The notes under the pieces: model-generated
What the model was told of the DNA's origin: nothing
Databases searched by the model: none
What the model saw: the letters and a program-made list of their open reading frames with translations, nothing else
Shown: positions 38,430-46,808 of the stretch, one piece after another
Layout of the letters: the number at the start of each line of letters is the position of its first letter
Numbering within the stretch: the stretch's first letter is position 1
Translations under genes and position numbers: made by a program
Assembly (NCBI GenBank): GCA_963749705.1
Contig: CAVVNQ010000004.1
Location: forward strand, 192,001-256,000
Direction of reading: 5' to 3'
DNA length: 64,000 nt
From: an uncultured Chloroflexia bacterium
GTDB lineage: Bacteria > Chloroflexota > Limnocylindria > Limnocylindrales > CSP1-4

Positions 38430-39656
38430 TCAGAAGAACGTCGAGCACCAGGGCTCGTCGAGCACCCGGAACAGCGCGTCGGCGCGGGCCAGTGCCCCGG
38501 CGACGTGCTCGTCGACGCCGGTCGCGAGCACCGCCCGGCGCAGTGGCGATCCGCCGAGGTAGGCGGCGCCCAGTGCCGCGACGGGGAGCGTCAGGTCGGG
38601 CGTTCGATCCGTCGGCCGGCAGGTGGCGCCGTCCGGTGACGCGTCCAGGACCAGCCGGATCGGGCCGTTGAGCTCGCCGTCGATCACCTCGAGCACCAGC
38701 TCGTCGGTCCGTTCGTACGCGCGCGCCTCGAGCGCCCGCGCAACGTCGAACAGGCGCACCCACATCCCCTCGCCCACCCCCGAGGCGACCGCCGCGCGCG
38801 CGTTGGTCAGCAGCCACGGCAGCGGGTCCGACGGGCTGCGGCCGGGAGCCACCACGGTCGACACGAGGTCCGTCTCGGCAAGGAAGCGCCACAGCGCGAG
38901 CCTTGCCGCATCGGTCAGGGCATGCAGGTCGTTCACGCGCAGGATGTTCCGCGGCTGCCGGTCGTCCCAGCGCTCCTCGGCGAGGTAGCGGGCGTAGCCG
39001 TCTACCGCGCCCGTTTCGTCGCGATGGAGCGCGAGGAACCCCTTCCACGTCCGCCCCCACGGTGGCTCCGTCAACCCCAGCTCATCGCCCCAGCGGAACG
39101 GATTTCGCCGGATCTCGCCGGCCTGGCGCCGCCGCCACGCCTCGAACACGGCCAGGACCGCGTCCCGGCTCGCCGGCCCGGGCGTGACCAGCTCGACGCC
39201 GGAGGTAGGCGCTCCGTGGAACCCCGTCGCGAATGCGTCGATGGTCCACGTCGCCAGCCGGCAGCCGGGCCCGTACCCGAACCGGCCGTAGATCCCGTAC
39301 TCGGACGCGTACAGCAGGCCGACGGCCTCGCCCCGTTCGCGGATCGCTCCATGCTCGGCGGCGGTGAGCGCGCTCAGGATCCCGCGCCGCCGGTGGGTCG
39401 GCAGCACCGCCACGCCCGCGACGGCGGCTGCGGGCAGCCGGCCGCCACCCGGGACGGTGAGCTCGGTGGCCCATGATCGGAACGTTCCGCAGGCACGATC
39501 GCCCTCGAACGCACCCCAGGTGCGTGCCGGATCCCAGCGCTCCCTGACGATGCCGGCGACGCGCTCGACGTCGGGACGCTCGAGGAAGGCGGTGGTCATC
39601 GCCTCCAGCAGGGCGCCGAACTCGTCCGGCCGGGCATTGCGGATCTCGACCGTCAT
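38430..39656 (-). CDS. Eis-family GNAT acetyltransferase (with SCP2-like C-terminus)
   Basis: VAVLPTHRRRG, ASEYGIYGRFGY and C-terminal PWCSTFF motifs; own -10 (TACCCT) 7 nt upstream. Confidence 0.88.
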   Translation of the reverse strand: MTVEIRNARPDEFGALLEAMTTAFLERPDVERVAGIVRERWDPARTWGAFEGDRACGTFRSWATELTVPGGGRLPAAAVAGVAVLPTHRRRGILSALTAAEHGAIRERGEAVGLLYASEYGIYGRFGYGPGCRLATWTIDAFATGFHGAPTSGVELVTPGPASRDAVLAVFEAWRRRQAGEIRRNPFRWGDELGLTEPPWGRTWKGFLALHRDETGAVDGYARYLAEERWDDRQPRNILRVNDLHALTDAARLALWRFLAETDLVSTVVAPGRSPSDPLPWLLTNARAAVASGVGEGMWVRLFDVARALEARAYERTDELVLEVIDGELNGPIRLVLDASPDGATCRPTDRTPDLTLPVAALGAAYLGGSPLRRAVLATGVDEHVAGALARADALFRVLDEPWCSTFF

Positions 39657-41030
39657 CGCCGCGAGGGTAGCATCGGGCCGGCGGCGCGGCGCCCCGGCGG
39701 GCGTCCCGGTGGCGCGCGACGGCCGCACTTGCCGGGCGGAGCGCGGTGACGGGCCGAGCCGGTCCCGAAGGGCGGTTGACAGCGCCCGGTGCCGCGCAAC
39801 CCGGGGCATGGCCACCCTCGCCAGGTCCGCGAACGCCAGGTGAGCCCGGAGCGCGTCGGCGAACGCATCGACGAACCCGGGGTTCGCGCCGGACAACGGG
39901 TCGAAGCCGTCTTCCCACCACAACCCGAGGATGCGCAGCGTGCCGCTCCGGCGATCGATCCGCGGCTCGATCCGGCCCACGAACCGGTCCCCGTACAGCA
40001 GCGGGAGGACGTAGTAGCCCCAGCGCCGCTTCGCGGCCGGCACGTACACCTCCCAGCGGTAGTCGAAGCCCCACAGCCGGAGCAGCAGGTCGCGGTCCCA
40101 GGCCAGCGGATCGAGCGGCGCCAGGAATGCCGCGCCGGGCTCCCTGTCGCCGGGTCGCGGCGGCGCGCCGGCCGCGGACTCCGCCGCGACCTCTGCCTCG
40201 GCCGAGTCGAGCACGGGCAGCTCATCCGCCAGGATGAACCGGGGCGTCCTGAACCCCTCGACCTCGACCGGCACGATCGCCCCCGCGTCGACGAGCTGCG
40301 CGTGGACCACCGCCCGGCGCGGCGCCTTGCCGATGCCCATCCACAACGTGTAGTCGCCGGTCGCCGCCAGCAGCCCGTTGCCGCGATAGCGGGACAGCAG
40401 CTTGTGGCGCAGCTGCTCGTCCTCGGGGGGCCGGCGGGCCAGGAGCTCCGCCGGGAACAGCCGCTCCGACAGGTCGTACACCCGCCGATTGCCTTCTCGC
40501 CGGGCGATGGCCACGATGCCGGCCTCGGCCAGCGCTTCGAGCAACGCGCGCACCTGGTTGGTGGGCCGCCAGTACCAGTCGATGGCCGCACGCGGCGCGA
40601 TGTCCGTCGATGACAGCGGGCCACGCGCCCGCATCGTCTCGAGCAGCTCCTCGACCAGCGGAGCGTGCTCGTCGAACGCGCCGCCCCGGTGCCCGTCGTG
40701 ACCCTGGTCCCAGGTCAGCCGATACCAGGGCAGCTCCGCGGTCGGCACCAGCGACAGCTGCTTGTTGTACGTCTCGTACAGCTCCCGCGTGTCGTACAGC
40801 AGCGCGTCGGTCCACGACCGCCGGTATCCGGCCACGCGGGCGAGCAATGTCAGGTCATGGTTCCGCCCGGCGACCTCGAGCGGATCGAACTGGAGGGAAC
40901 CCAGCCGCTCGACCACGCGCATGACCGACGCCGGCTCGGCGGGCAGCGATCGCGGCGGTGCGAGCAGGTGGCGCAGGACGAGGAACCGTCGCGCGACGGG
41001 TCGTGACACGGGCCTGGGCTGGGGAGGCAC
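39657..41030 (-). CDS. YcaQ/AlkZ-family winged-helix DNA glycosylase (no in-frame stop; reads into eis)
   Basis: LQFDP (QxD), LAPLDPLAWDR and YRWEVYVP..KR.WGYY motifs. Confidence 0.85.
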
Positions 41031-41174
41031 CCGCGGATGGTAGGCGAGACCGCGCCGAACCGGTACCTCCGGCCGTCGAACGGCCTATGCGCGGCCGGCG
41101 CGGATTCGCGATATCGTCAGGGCGAATTGGTACGGTGTAACCGAAGCATCCGTCACAACCGAAGGAATTTCGAG

Positions 41175-41666
41175 ATCGATCCCACGCACCACAACCGCGC
41201 CGATGTGCTCGACGAGGTCATCAACGGCTACGAGGCGCTGATGCAGCGGCTGGCCGACAGCCACGCGCCGGAGTTCCTCGAGATCGCGGTGACGATGCCC
41301 CAGGCCAAGCTGCTGTACCTGGTCGGGACGGCGGGCGAGCTCCACATGTCGGACCTCGTCCAGCGCCTCGGCGTCTCGCTGTCCACCGTGAGCGGCCTGG
41401 TCGACCGGATCGTGGACCAGGGGTACGCCTACCGGCGCGAGGACGCGGTCGATCGCCGCCAGGTCGTCGTCGGCCTGACCCCGGCCGGCGGCGAGTTCCT
41501 CGACCGGTTCCGGGAGCTCAACGCACGCCAGATGCGCGAGCTGCTCGAGCTGCTTGCGGACGACGACCTCGACATCGTTCGCCGTTCGCTCGTCGCGCTC
41601 ACCGCCGCCGCCACACGCCTGAACCCGACCGACCCCGAGCCATCCGCCCGAAAGGACCGTTCATGA
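41175..41666 (+). CDS. MarR-family transcriptional regulator (start uncertain)
   Basis: SLSTVSGLVDRIV..G...R..D..DRR...LT..G motif; ATGA overlap with the RND gene. Confidence 0.88.
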   Translation: MDPTHHNRADVLDEVINGYEALMQRLADSHAPEFLEIAVTMPQAKLLYLVGTAGELHMSDLVQRLGVSLSTVSGLVDRIVDQGYAYRREDAVDRRQVVVGLTPAGGEFLDRFRELNARQMRELLELLADDDLDIVRRSLVALTAAATRLNPTDPEPSARKDRS

Positions 41667-44600
41667 GCCGCCTGTCCGCGTTCGCCGTCAGCAAGCGGAG
41701 CGTCACGCTCCTGCTGGCGGCGGCCCTGTTCGTCGCCGGCCTGGCTGCCTGGGGCAGCCTCAAGCAGGAGCTGCTGCCGGACATCGAGTTCCCGGTGCTG
41801 ACGGTCATCGCGCCGCTCCCGGGCGCCGGTGCCGCCGACGTTGCCGAGCAGGTGACCAAGCCCATCGAGCGCGCGATCTCGGGTGTCCCCCGACTGGAAT
41901 CGCTGCAGTCGACGTCGGCCAACTCGATCGCGCTCGTGATCGCCCAGTTCTCCTACGGCACCGACGTCAAGGAGGTCCGGGCGCAGATCGAGCAGAACAT
42001 CCAGGCGGCGAACCTGCCCAGCGGCGTGACCCCGCAGGTGAGCGCGCTCAACATCAACGCCTCACCGGTGATCATCGCGTCGATCGCGGCAACCTCGGAG
42101 GACGGGCTGGCCGAGGCCGCCCGGATCGCGCAGACGGAGATCAGCCCGGCGCTGCTCGGCCTCGAGGGCGTCGCCAGCGTGGACATCACCGGCGGCGAGA
42201 CGCAGCGAGTGCTGGTCACGCTCGACCCGGCCAAGCTCACCGCGAGCGGCATCTCCGCATCCCAGGTGTCGAGCGTCCTGAGCGCCAACAACCTCACCTT
42301 CCCCGCCGGCCAGATCCAGGCGGACGGGACGAAGATCCCGGTGTCGACGATCGGCGCGTTCACCAGCGTCGACCAGATCCGATCGCTGGTGGTCGGCGTT
42401 GCGGCCGCGACCCCGGCCGCCGGGGCATCGGGTGCCGGCGCGACGCCGGGCGCCTCCGCAGCGCCCGCCGCGCCGGCGGCGCCGAAGCTGGTCACGATCG
42501 GCGACCTCGGCACGGTCGAGGTCGCAGGCGTGCCAACCACCGGCTACGCGCGGACCAACGGCCAGCCGGCCCTCTCGCTGTCGGTGTCCAAGACGTCGGC
42601 CGCGAACACGGTCCAGGTGGCCGAGGAGGTGACCGCCAAGCTCAAAGAGATCGGCGACCGCAACGGGTCCAGCGTCTCGATCACGATCGTGTCCGACCTG
42701 TCCTCGTTCATCATCGAATCGCGTGACGGCCTGCTCCGCGAAGGCGGCACCGGGGCCCTGTTCGCGGTCCTCACCATCTTCCTGTTCCTGTTCAGCCTGC
42801 GCTCGACGCTGGTGGCCGCGGTCAGCATCCCGCTGTCGCTGCTGACCGCGCTGGTCGTCATGCAGTTCAGCGGGATCTCGCTCAACATCATGACCCTGGG
42901 CGGGCTCGCGGTGGCGGTCGGCCGGGTGGTCGACGACGCGATCGTGGTCCTCGAGAACATCTATCGCCATCGATCGCTTGGCGAGAGCCGGCTCACGGCC
43001 GCGATCAACGGCCCCCGCGAGGTGGCCGGCGCGATCACCGCAGCCACGGTGACCACCGTCGGCGTGTTCCTTCCGCTGGGCTTCGTGGGCGGGCTGGTCA
43101 GCCAGTTCTTCCTGCCGTTCGCGCTCACGGTCACGTTCGCGCTGCTCGCCTCGCTGGTATGCGCGCTGACCGTGGTCCCGGTGCTCGCCTACCTGATCAT
43201 CGACCGCGTCAAGCTCAACGTGGACCAGGGCGGCGAGCCCCGGAACTCGTTCTGGATCCGCGCCTACACGCCGTCGATCAGTCTGGCGCTGCGCAACCGC
43301 TGGACCAAGTTCGGCGTGCTCGGGATCTCGATCCTGCTGTTCGTGTCGACGGGCATCATCGCGCCCCTGCTGCCGACCCAGTTCATCAACGCCGGGTCGG
43401 AGAAGATCGTCAGCGTCACGCTGGCGCCGCCGGCCGGGGTCAGCTCCGATGCCGTGCTCGAGCGCACCAAGCAGGCTGAGGCCATCCTCCAGGCCGACCC
43501 CAAGGTGCGGCTCGTCCAGAGCAGCGTCCCCGGGGAGGGAGACTCGGGCCTGCAGTCGATCACCGCCGCGTTCAGCGGCCGGCCGGCCAACAGCGCCCGG
43601 ATGACGGTACGGCTCGACGACGACGTCGATCTCACCGAGTACTCGAAGGTCCTCGCCGACGAGCTTGCGCCCGTCAGGACCGACGGCTACGACATCGCGG
43701 TATCGCAGGCCGCCGGGTTCACGTCCAACAACCTCAACGTGATCGTGTCGGGCAGCGACGCCGCACAGGTCGCCAAGGTGAACGACCTCGTGGTCGAGGC
43801 CCTGGGCGCCAACACCGCCCTGCTCAACCTCAAGTCGGACCTGTCCAAGGCGACGCCCGAGATCCAGGTCCGGCCCGATCCCAACAAGGCGATCCTGGTC
43901 GGCCTCACCGCGGCGCAGGTTGCCGGCGAGGTCCGCGGCGCCCTGGTCGGCTCCGTGGCCACGCACGTCCAGCTCGCCGACCAGCCCGGGCCGCTTGACG
44001 TGTTCGTCCAGCTGGACCCGACCCAGGTGACCACGCTCGCGCAGCTCCGCGCGCTGCCGGTCGGAACCGCGGCCAAGCAGCCTCTGGGCGCCATCGCGGA
44101 TGTCGAGCAGGTGGAGACGCAGGGTTCGATCACCCGGATCGATGAGTCGCCTGCGGCATCCATCAGCGCCGAGATCGCCTCGGCCGACACCGGCAAGGTC
44201 AGCCAGCAGGTGCAGCAGGCGATCAACGACCTGCGCACGGCGGGGTCGATCCCCGATGGCGTCGACGTCCGGCTGGCGGGTGTCACCCAGCAGCAGAACG
44301 AGGCCTTCGGTGGCCTGTTCTTCTCGATGGGCGTGGCCATCCTGGTCGTCTACCTCGCGATGGTCCTCACGTTCAACTCGCTGATCACGCCGTTCATCAT
44401 CCTGTTCAGCCTGCCGCTGGCCACGATCGGCGCCTTCCCGGCGCTGCTGCTCACCGGCCGCCCGATCGGCGTCAGCGCCCTGATCGGGTTCCTGATGCTG
44501 ATCGGCATCGTCGTCACCAATGCGATCGTCCTGCTCGACCTCGTCGAACGGCTGCGCTCGCAGGGGATGTCCACGCATGACGCGCTGATCGAGGGCGGAC

Positions 44601-44872
44601 GGACGCGGGTGCGGCCGATCCTGATGACCGCGATCGCCACGATCCTGGCGCTGATCCCGCTCGCCGCGGGCTTCAACCAGGGCTCGATCATCGCCGCCGA
44701 GCTGGGCACGGTCGTCATCGGTGGCCTGTTCAGCTCCACGTTCCTGACCCTGCTCCTGATCCCGGTCCTGTACTCGCTCGTGGACGGCGTCCGGCGTCGA
44801 TGGAGCGAACGCGGCGGCCGGGACGCCGCCGACGGCTCCGATGCCGCCGGTGGCACGGCCATGGCAACCTAG
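41663..44872 (+). CDS. RND (AcrB/HAE1-like) efflux permease
   Basis: 1069 aa; GRVVDDAIVVLEN, GIVVTNAI and R.RPILMT motifs. Confidence 0.93.
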   Translation: MSRLSAFAVSKRSVTLLLAAALFVAGLAAWGSLKQELLPDIEFPVLTVIAPLPGAGAADVAEQVTKPIERAISGVPRLESLQSTSANSIALVIAQFSYGTDVKEVRAQIEQNIQAANLPSGVTPQVSALNINASPVIIASIAATSEDGLAEAARIAQTEISPALLGLEGVASVDITGGETQRVLVTLDPAKLTASGISASQVSSVLSANNLTFPAGQIQADGTKIPVSTIGAFTSVDQIRSLVVGVAAATPAAGASGAGATPGASAAPAAPAAPKLVTIGDLGTVEVAGVPTTGYARTNGQPALSLSVSKTSAANTVQVAEEVTAKLKEIGDRNGSSVSITIVSDLSSFIIESRDGLLREGGTGALFAVLTIFLFLFSLRSTLVAAVSIPLSLLTALVVMQFSGISLNIMTLGGLAVAVGRVVDDAIVVLENIYRHRSLGESRLTAAINGPREVAGAITAATVTTVGVFLPLGFVGGLVSQFFLPFALTVTFALLASLVCALTVVPVLAYLIIDRVKLNVDQGGEPRNSFWIRAYTPSISLALRNRWTKFGVLGISILLFVSTGIIAPLLPTQFINAGSEKIVSVTLAPPAGVSSDAVLERTKQAEAILQADPKVRLVQSSVPGEGDSGLQSITAAFSGRPANSARMTVRLDDDVDLTEYSKVLADELAPVRTDGYDIAVSQAAGFTSNNLNVIVSGSDAAQVAKVNDLVVEALGANTALLNLKSDLSKATPEIQVRPDPNKAILVGLTAAQVAGEVRGALVGSVATHVQLADQPGPLDVFVQLDPTQVTTLAQLRALPVGTAAKQPLGAIADVEQVETQGSITRIDESPAASISAEIASADTGKVSQQVQQAINDLRTAGSIPDGVDVRLAGVTQQQNEAFGGLFFSMGVAILVVYLAMVLTFNSLITPFIILFSLPLATIGAFPALLLTGRPIGVSALIGFLMLIGIVVTNAIVLLDLVERLRSQGMSTHDALIEGGRTRVRPILMTAIATILALIPLAAGFNQGSIIAAELGTVVIGGLFSSTFLTLLLIPVLYSLVDGVRRRWSERGGRDAADGSDAAGGTAMAT

Positions 44873-44938
44873 GGGGGAGCGTCACCGACCCGCGCGCATC
44901 GGCGCCAGCGGGCGCCCCACGAGCAAGGAGAAGCATCC

Positions 44939-45382
44939 ATGGGCATCACGCGTTTTGCCGAGACAACCTGGGCCGGCGACCTGGTCAGCGGAACGGGCTC
45001 GATCAACTACGTGAGCTCGGGCTCGATCACGCGGCTGCCGGTGACTTGGGCGTCGCGCACCGAGGAGCACAACGGGCGGACCAGCCCCGAGGAGCTGATC
45101 GCCGCGGCGCACGCCGCCTGCTTCTCGATGGCGTTCAGCAACGGGCTCGCGAAGAACGGCACGCCGGCGACGAAGCTCGACATCAGGTGCGTCGTGTCGT
45201 TCGACAAGGGCGATGCCGGCTGGGGGATCACCAGCAGCGCGCTCACCGTCAGCGGCACGGTGCCGGGGATCGACCAGGCGAAGTTCGCCGAGCTCGCCGA
45301 CGCGGCCAAGAACGGCTGCCCGGTGTCGCAGGCGCTCAAGGGGAACGTCGCCCTTTCGGTGGAGGCCACGCTCACCGACTGA
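44939..45382 (+). CDS. osmC: OsmC-family peroxiredoxin
   Basis: SPEELIAAAHAACF and AK.GCPVS motifs. Confidence 0.9.
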   Translation: MGITRFAETTWAGDLVSGTGSINYVSSGSITRLPVTWASRTEEHNGRTSPEELIAAAHAACFSMAFSNGLAKNGTPATKLDIRCVVSFDKGDAGWGITSSALTVSGTVPGIDQAKFAELADAAKNGCPVSQALKGNVALSVEATLTD

Positions 45383-45487
45383 GCGGCGGCTCGGACCTCG
45401 GCCGCCAACCTGGAACGATGTCCCCGGGTGCCCGGACGGGGGTGCCCGGACTAGGGGGCCCGACGTCGTGCGCCGGTGCACCGAAGG

Positions 45488-45518
45488 TTGTCGAAAACTG
45501 AACCACAGCTTGTCGAAA
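45488..45518 (+). promoter_or_regulatory. Direct repeat TTGTCGAAA x2, 22 bp apart (regulator-binding candidate)
   Basis: TTGTCGAAA at 45488 and 45510, upstream of a GCAAC...CGTT ECF-like promoter. Confidence 0.45.
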
Positions 45519-45562
45519 CCTCGATCGACGCGTGCGCAACCGCAGATGCAGACTCTGCCGTT

Positions 45563-45660
45563 GGCAGGGTGGCTGAACCGCTCGGGGGCGGGTTCCACCA
45601 GCGCGGCGTCCCCATCCGGTCGCCAAGACCGCGCTGGGCCAATGGCGAGACCGACCCTGT
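45563..45660 (+). ncRNA. c-di-GMP-II-like riboswitch variant in the 5' UTR of the secreted protein gene
   Basis: P1 GCAGGG/CCCTGT; P2 GGC/GCC; P3 CCAGCGCGG/CCGCGCTGG; pseudoknot GGTCGCCA/TGGCGA-GA-CC; the 3' strand GCCAATGGCGAGACCGACC parallels the class II GUUAGUAGUGCAACCGACC. Confidence 0.62.
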
Positions 45661-45700
45661 GTACCCGCGGGACGAACCGCGAGAGAAAGGGTCAGCGCTC

Positions 45701-46483
45701 ATGGAGAGAGCCATACGCTTCAGGATCCTCGGATCCCTTGCCGTCGCGGCAGCGCTTGTGCTGCCAGCTGGGCCAGCGATGGCTGCCGGGCCAAAGGCGG
45801 CACCCGCGATCACGTGCTCCGGTGGTGCCATCTCATCAGGCACCTACCGCAGCGTCACGGTCACCGGCTTCTGCGGCGTTGCGCCGGACGCCGTGATCAC
45901 CATCGTCGGGAACCTGAACGTCGAAGCCGGTGCCTTCCTCGATGCGCAGAGCGCGCCGTCGACGATCACCGTCGGCCACAACGTCACCGCGGCGGCGGGT
46001 GCGCTCATGGGCCTGGGCTGCCAGCCGACCTCGCTGGTCCACAACACGGCACATCCGTGCACCGTCGAGCCGGACGGGCATTCGATGATCACGGTCAACG
46101 GGAACGTGACCGCCAATGGCGCGAACACCGTGCTGCTGAACGGGATCACGGTCAAGGGGAACGTCACGCTGACGGGAGGAGGCGGCGACATTCCCTGGTC
46201 GATCAAGAACAACGCGATCAGCGGCAACCTCACGGTGACCGAGGTGACGGCCGACTGGCTCGGCGTCCTGTTCAACACGATCGGCAAGAACGCGACGCTG
46301 ACCAAGATCACCGTGACCGATCCGGGCGACGAAGGCCGCCTCGCGTTCGTCGTTCAGAACACGATCGGGCGGAACCTCAGCTGCATGGGCATTGACCCCG
46401 GTGTGGCCGGAGGCCTGTTCCCCGGCGAGCCCAAGAACGTCGTCGGCGGTCACGCGCTCGGTCAGTGCGCATCACTGGTCTGA
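45701..46483 (+). CDS. Secreted hypothetical protein with TVxGNxT repeats (beta-helix-like) and paired Cys
   Basis: Signal peptide ...PAGPAMA; repeated T(I/V)xGN(L/V)T(V/A/L); GAAAGG RBS. Confidence 0.8.
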   Translation: MERAIRFRILGSLAVAAALVLPAGPAMAAGPKAAPAITCSGGAISSGTYRSVTVTGFCGVAPDAVITIVGNLNVEAGAFLDAQSAPSTITVGHNVTAAAGALMGLGCQPTSLVHNTAHPCTVEPDGHSMITVNGNVTANGANTVLLNGITVKGNVTLTGGGGDIPWSIKNNAISGNLTVTEVTADWLGVLFNTIGKNATLTKITVTDPGDEGRLAFVVQNTIGRNLSCMGIDPGVAGGLFPGEPKNVVGGHALGQCASLV

Positions 46484-46808
46484 CCTAGCTCGAACCTTGC
46501 CGTCCGCCTCCCGCTGGCACCAGCGGGCGGCGGGCGGGCGCTGTCACTCGTCAGCGCGGCCACCTTGAAATCCGGTGGTCCTGGCCGCCCCGAATCCCGG
46601 ACCCTCGTCGTGAGATCCGATGCGCCTGCCTCGTCCGTGTCGCCCGCGTGTACCCGGGCGGCGCGCGAGGATGTCCGCTCCGGTCCGCCATCCCGCGAGG
46701 GGAAGGACCATCGGTGACAGCACCGAGTGCCAACGGGCACTTGCCCGGCCGTGGCGCACCCGGATGATGCCTCTGGCGTCCGAGCCGGCGGATCGGAGAC
46801 CACGACCG

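Noticed and set aside
42062-44578. 838-aa minus-strand ORF
   Set aside because: Codon-mirror shadow of the RND permease
45426-45463. 14-bp GGGTGCCCGGAC duplication after osmC
   Set aside because: Short GC-rich slippage repeat with no evidence of function
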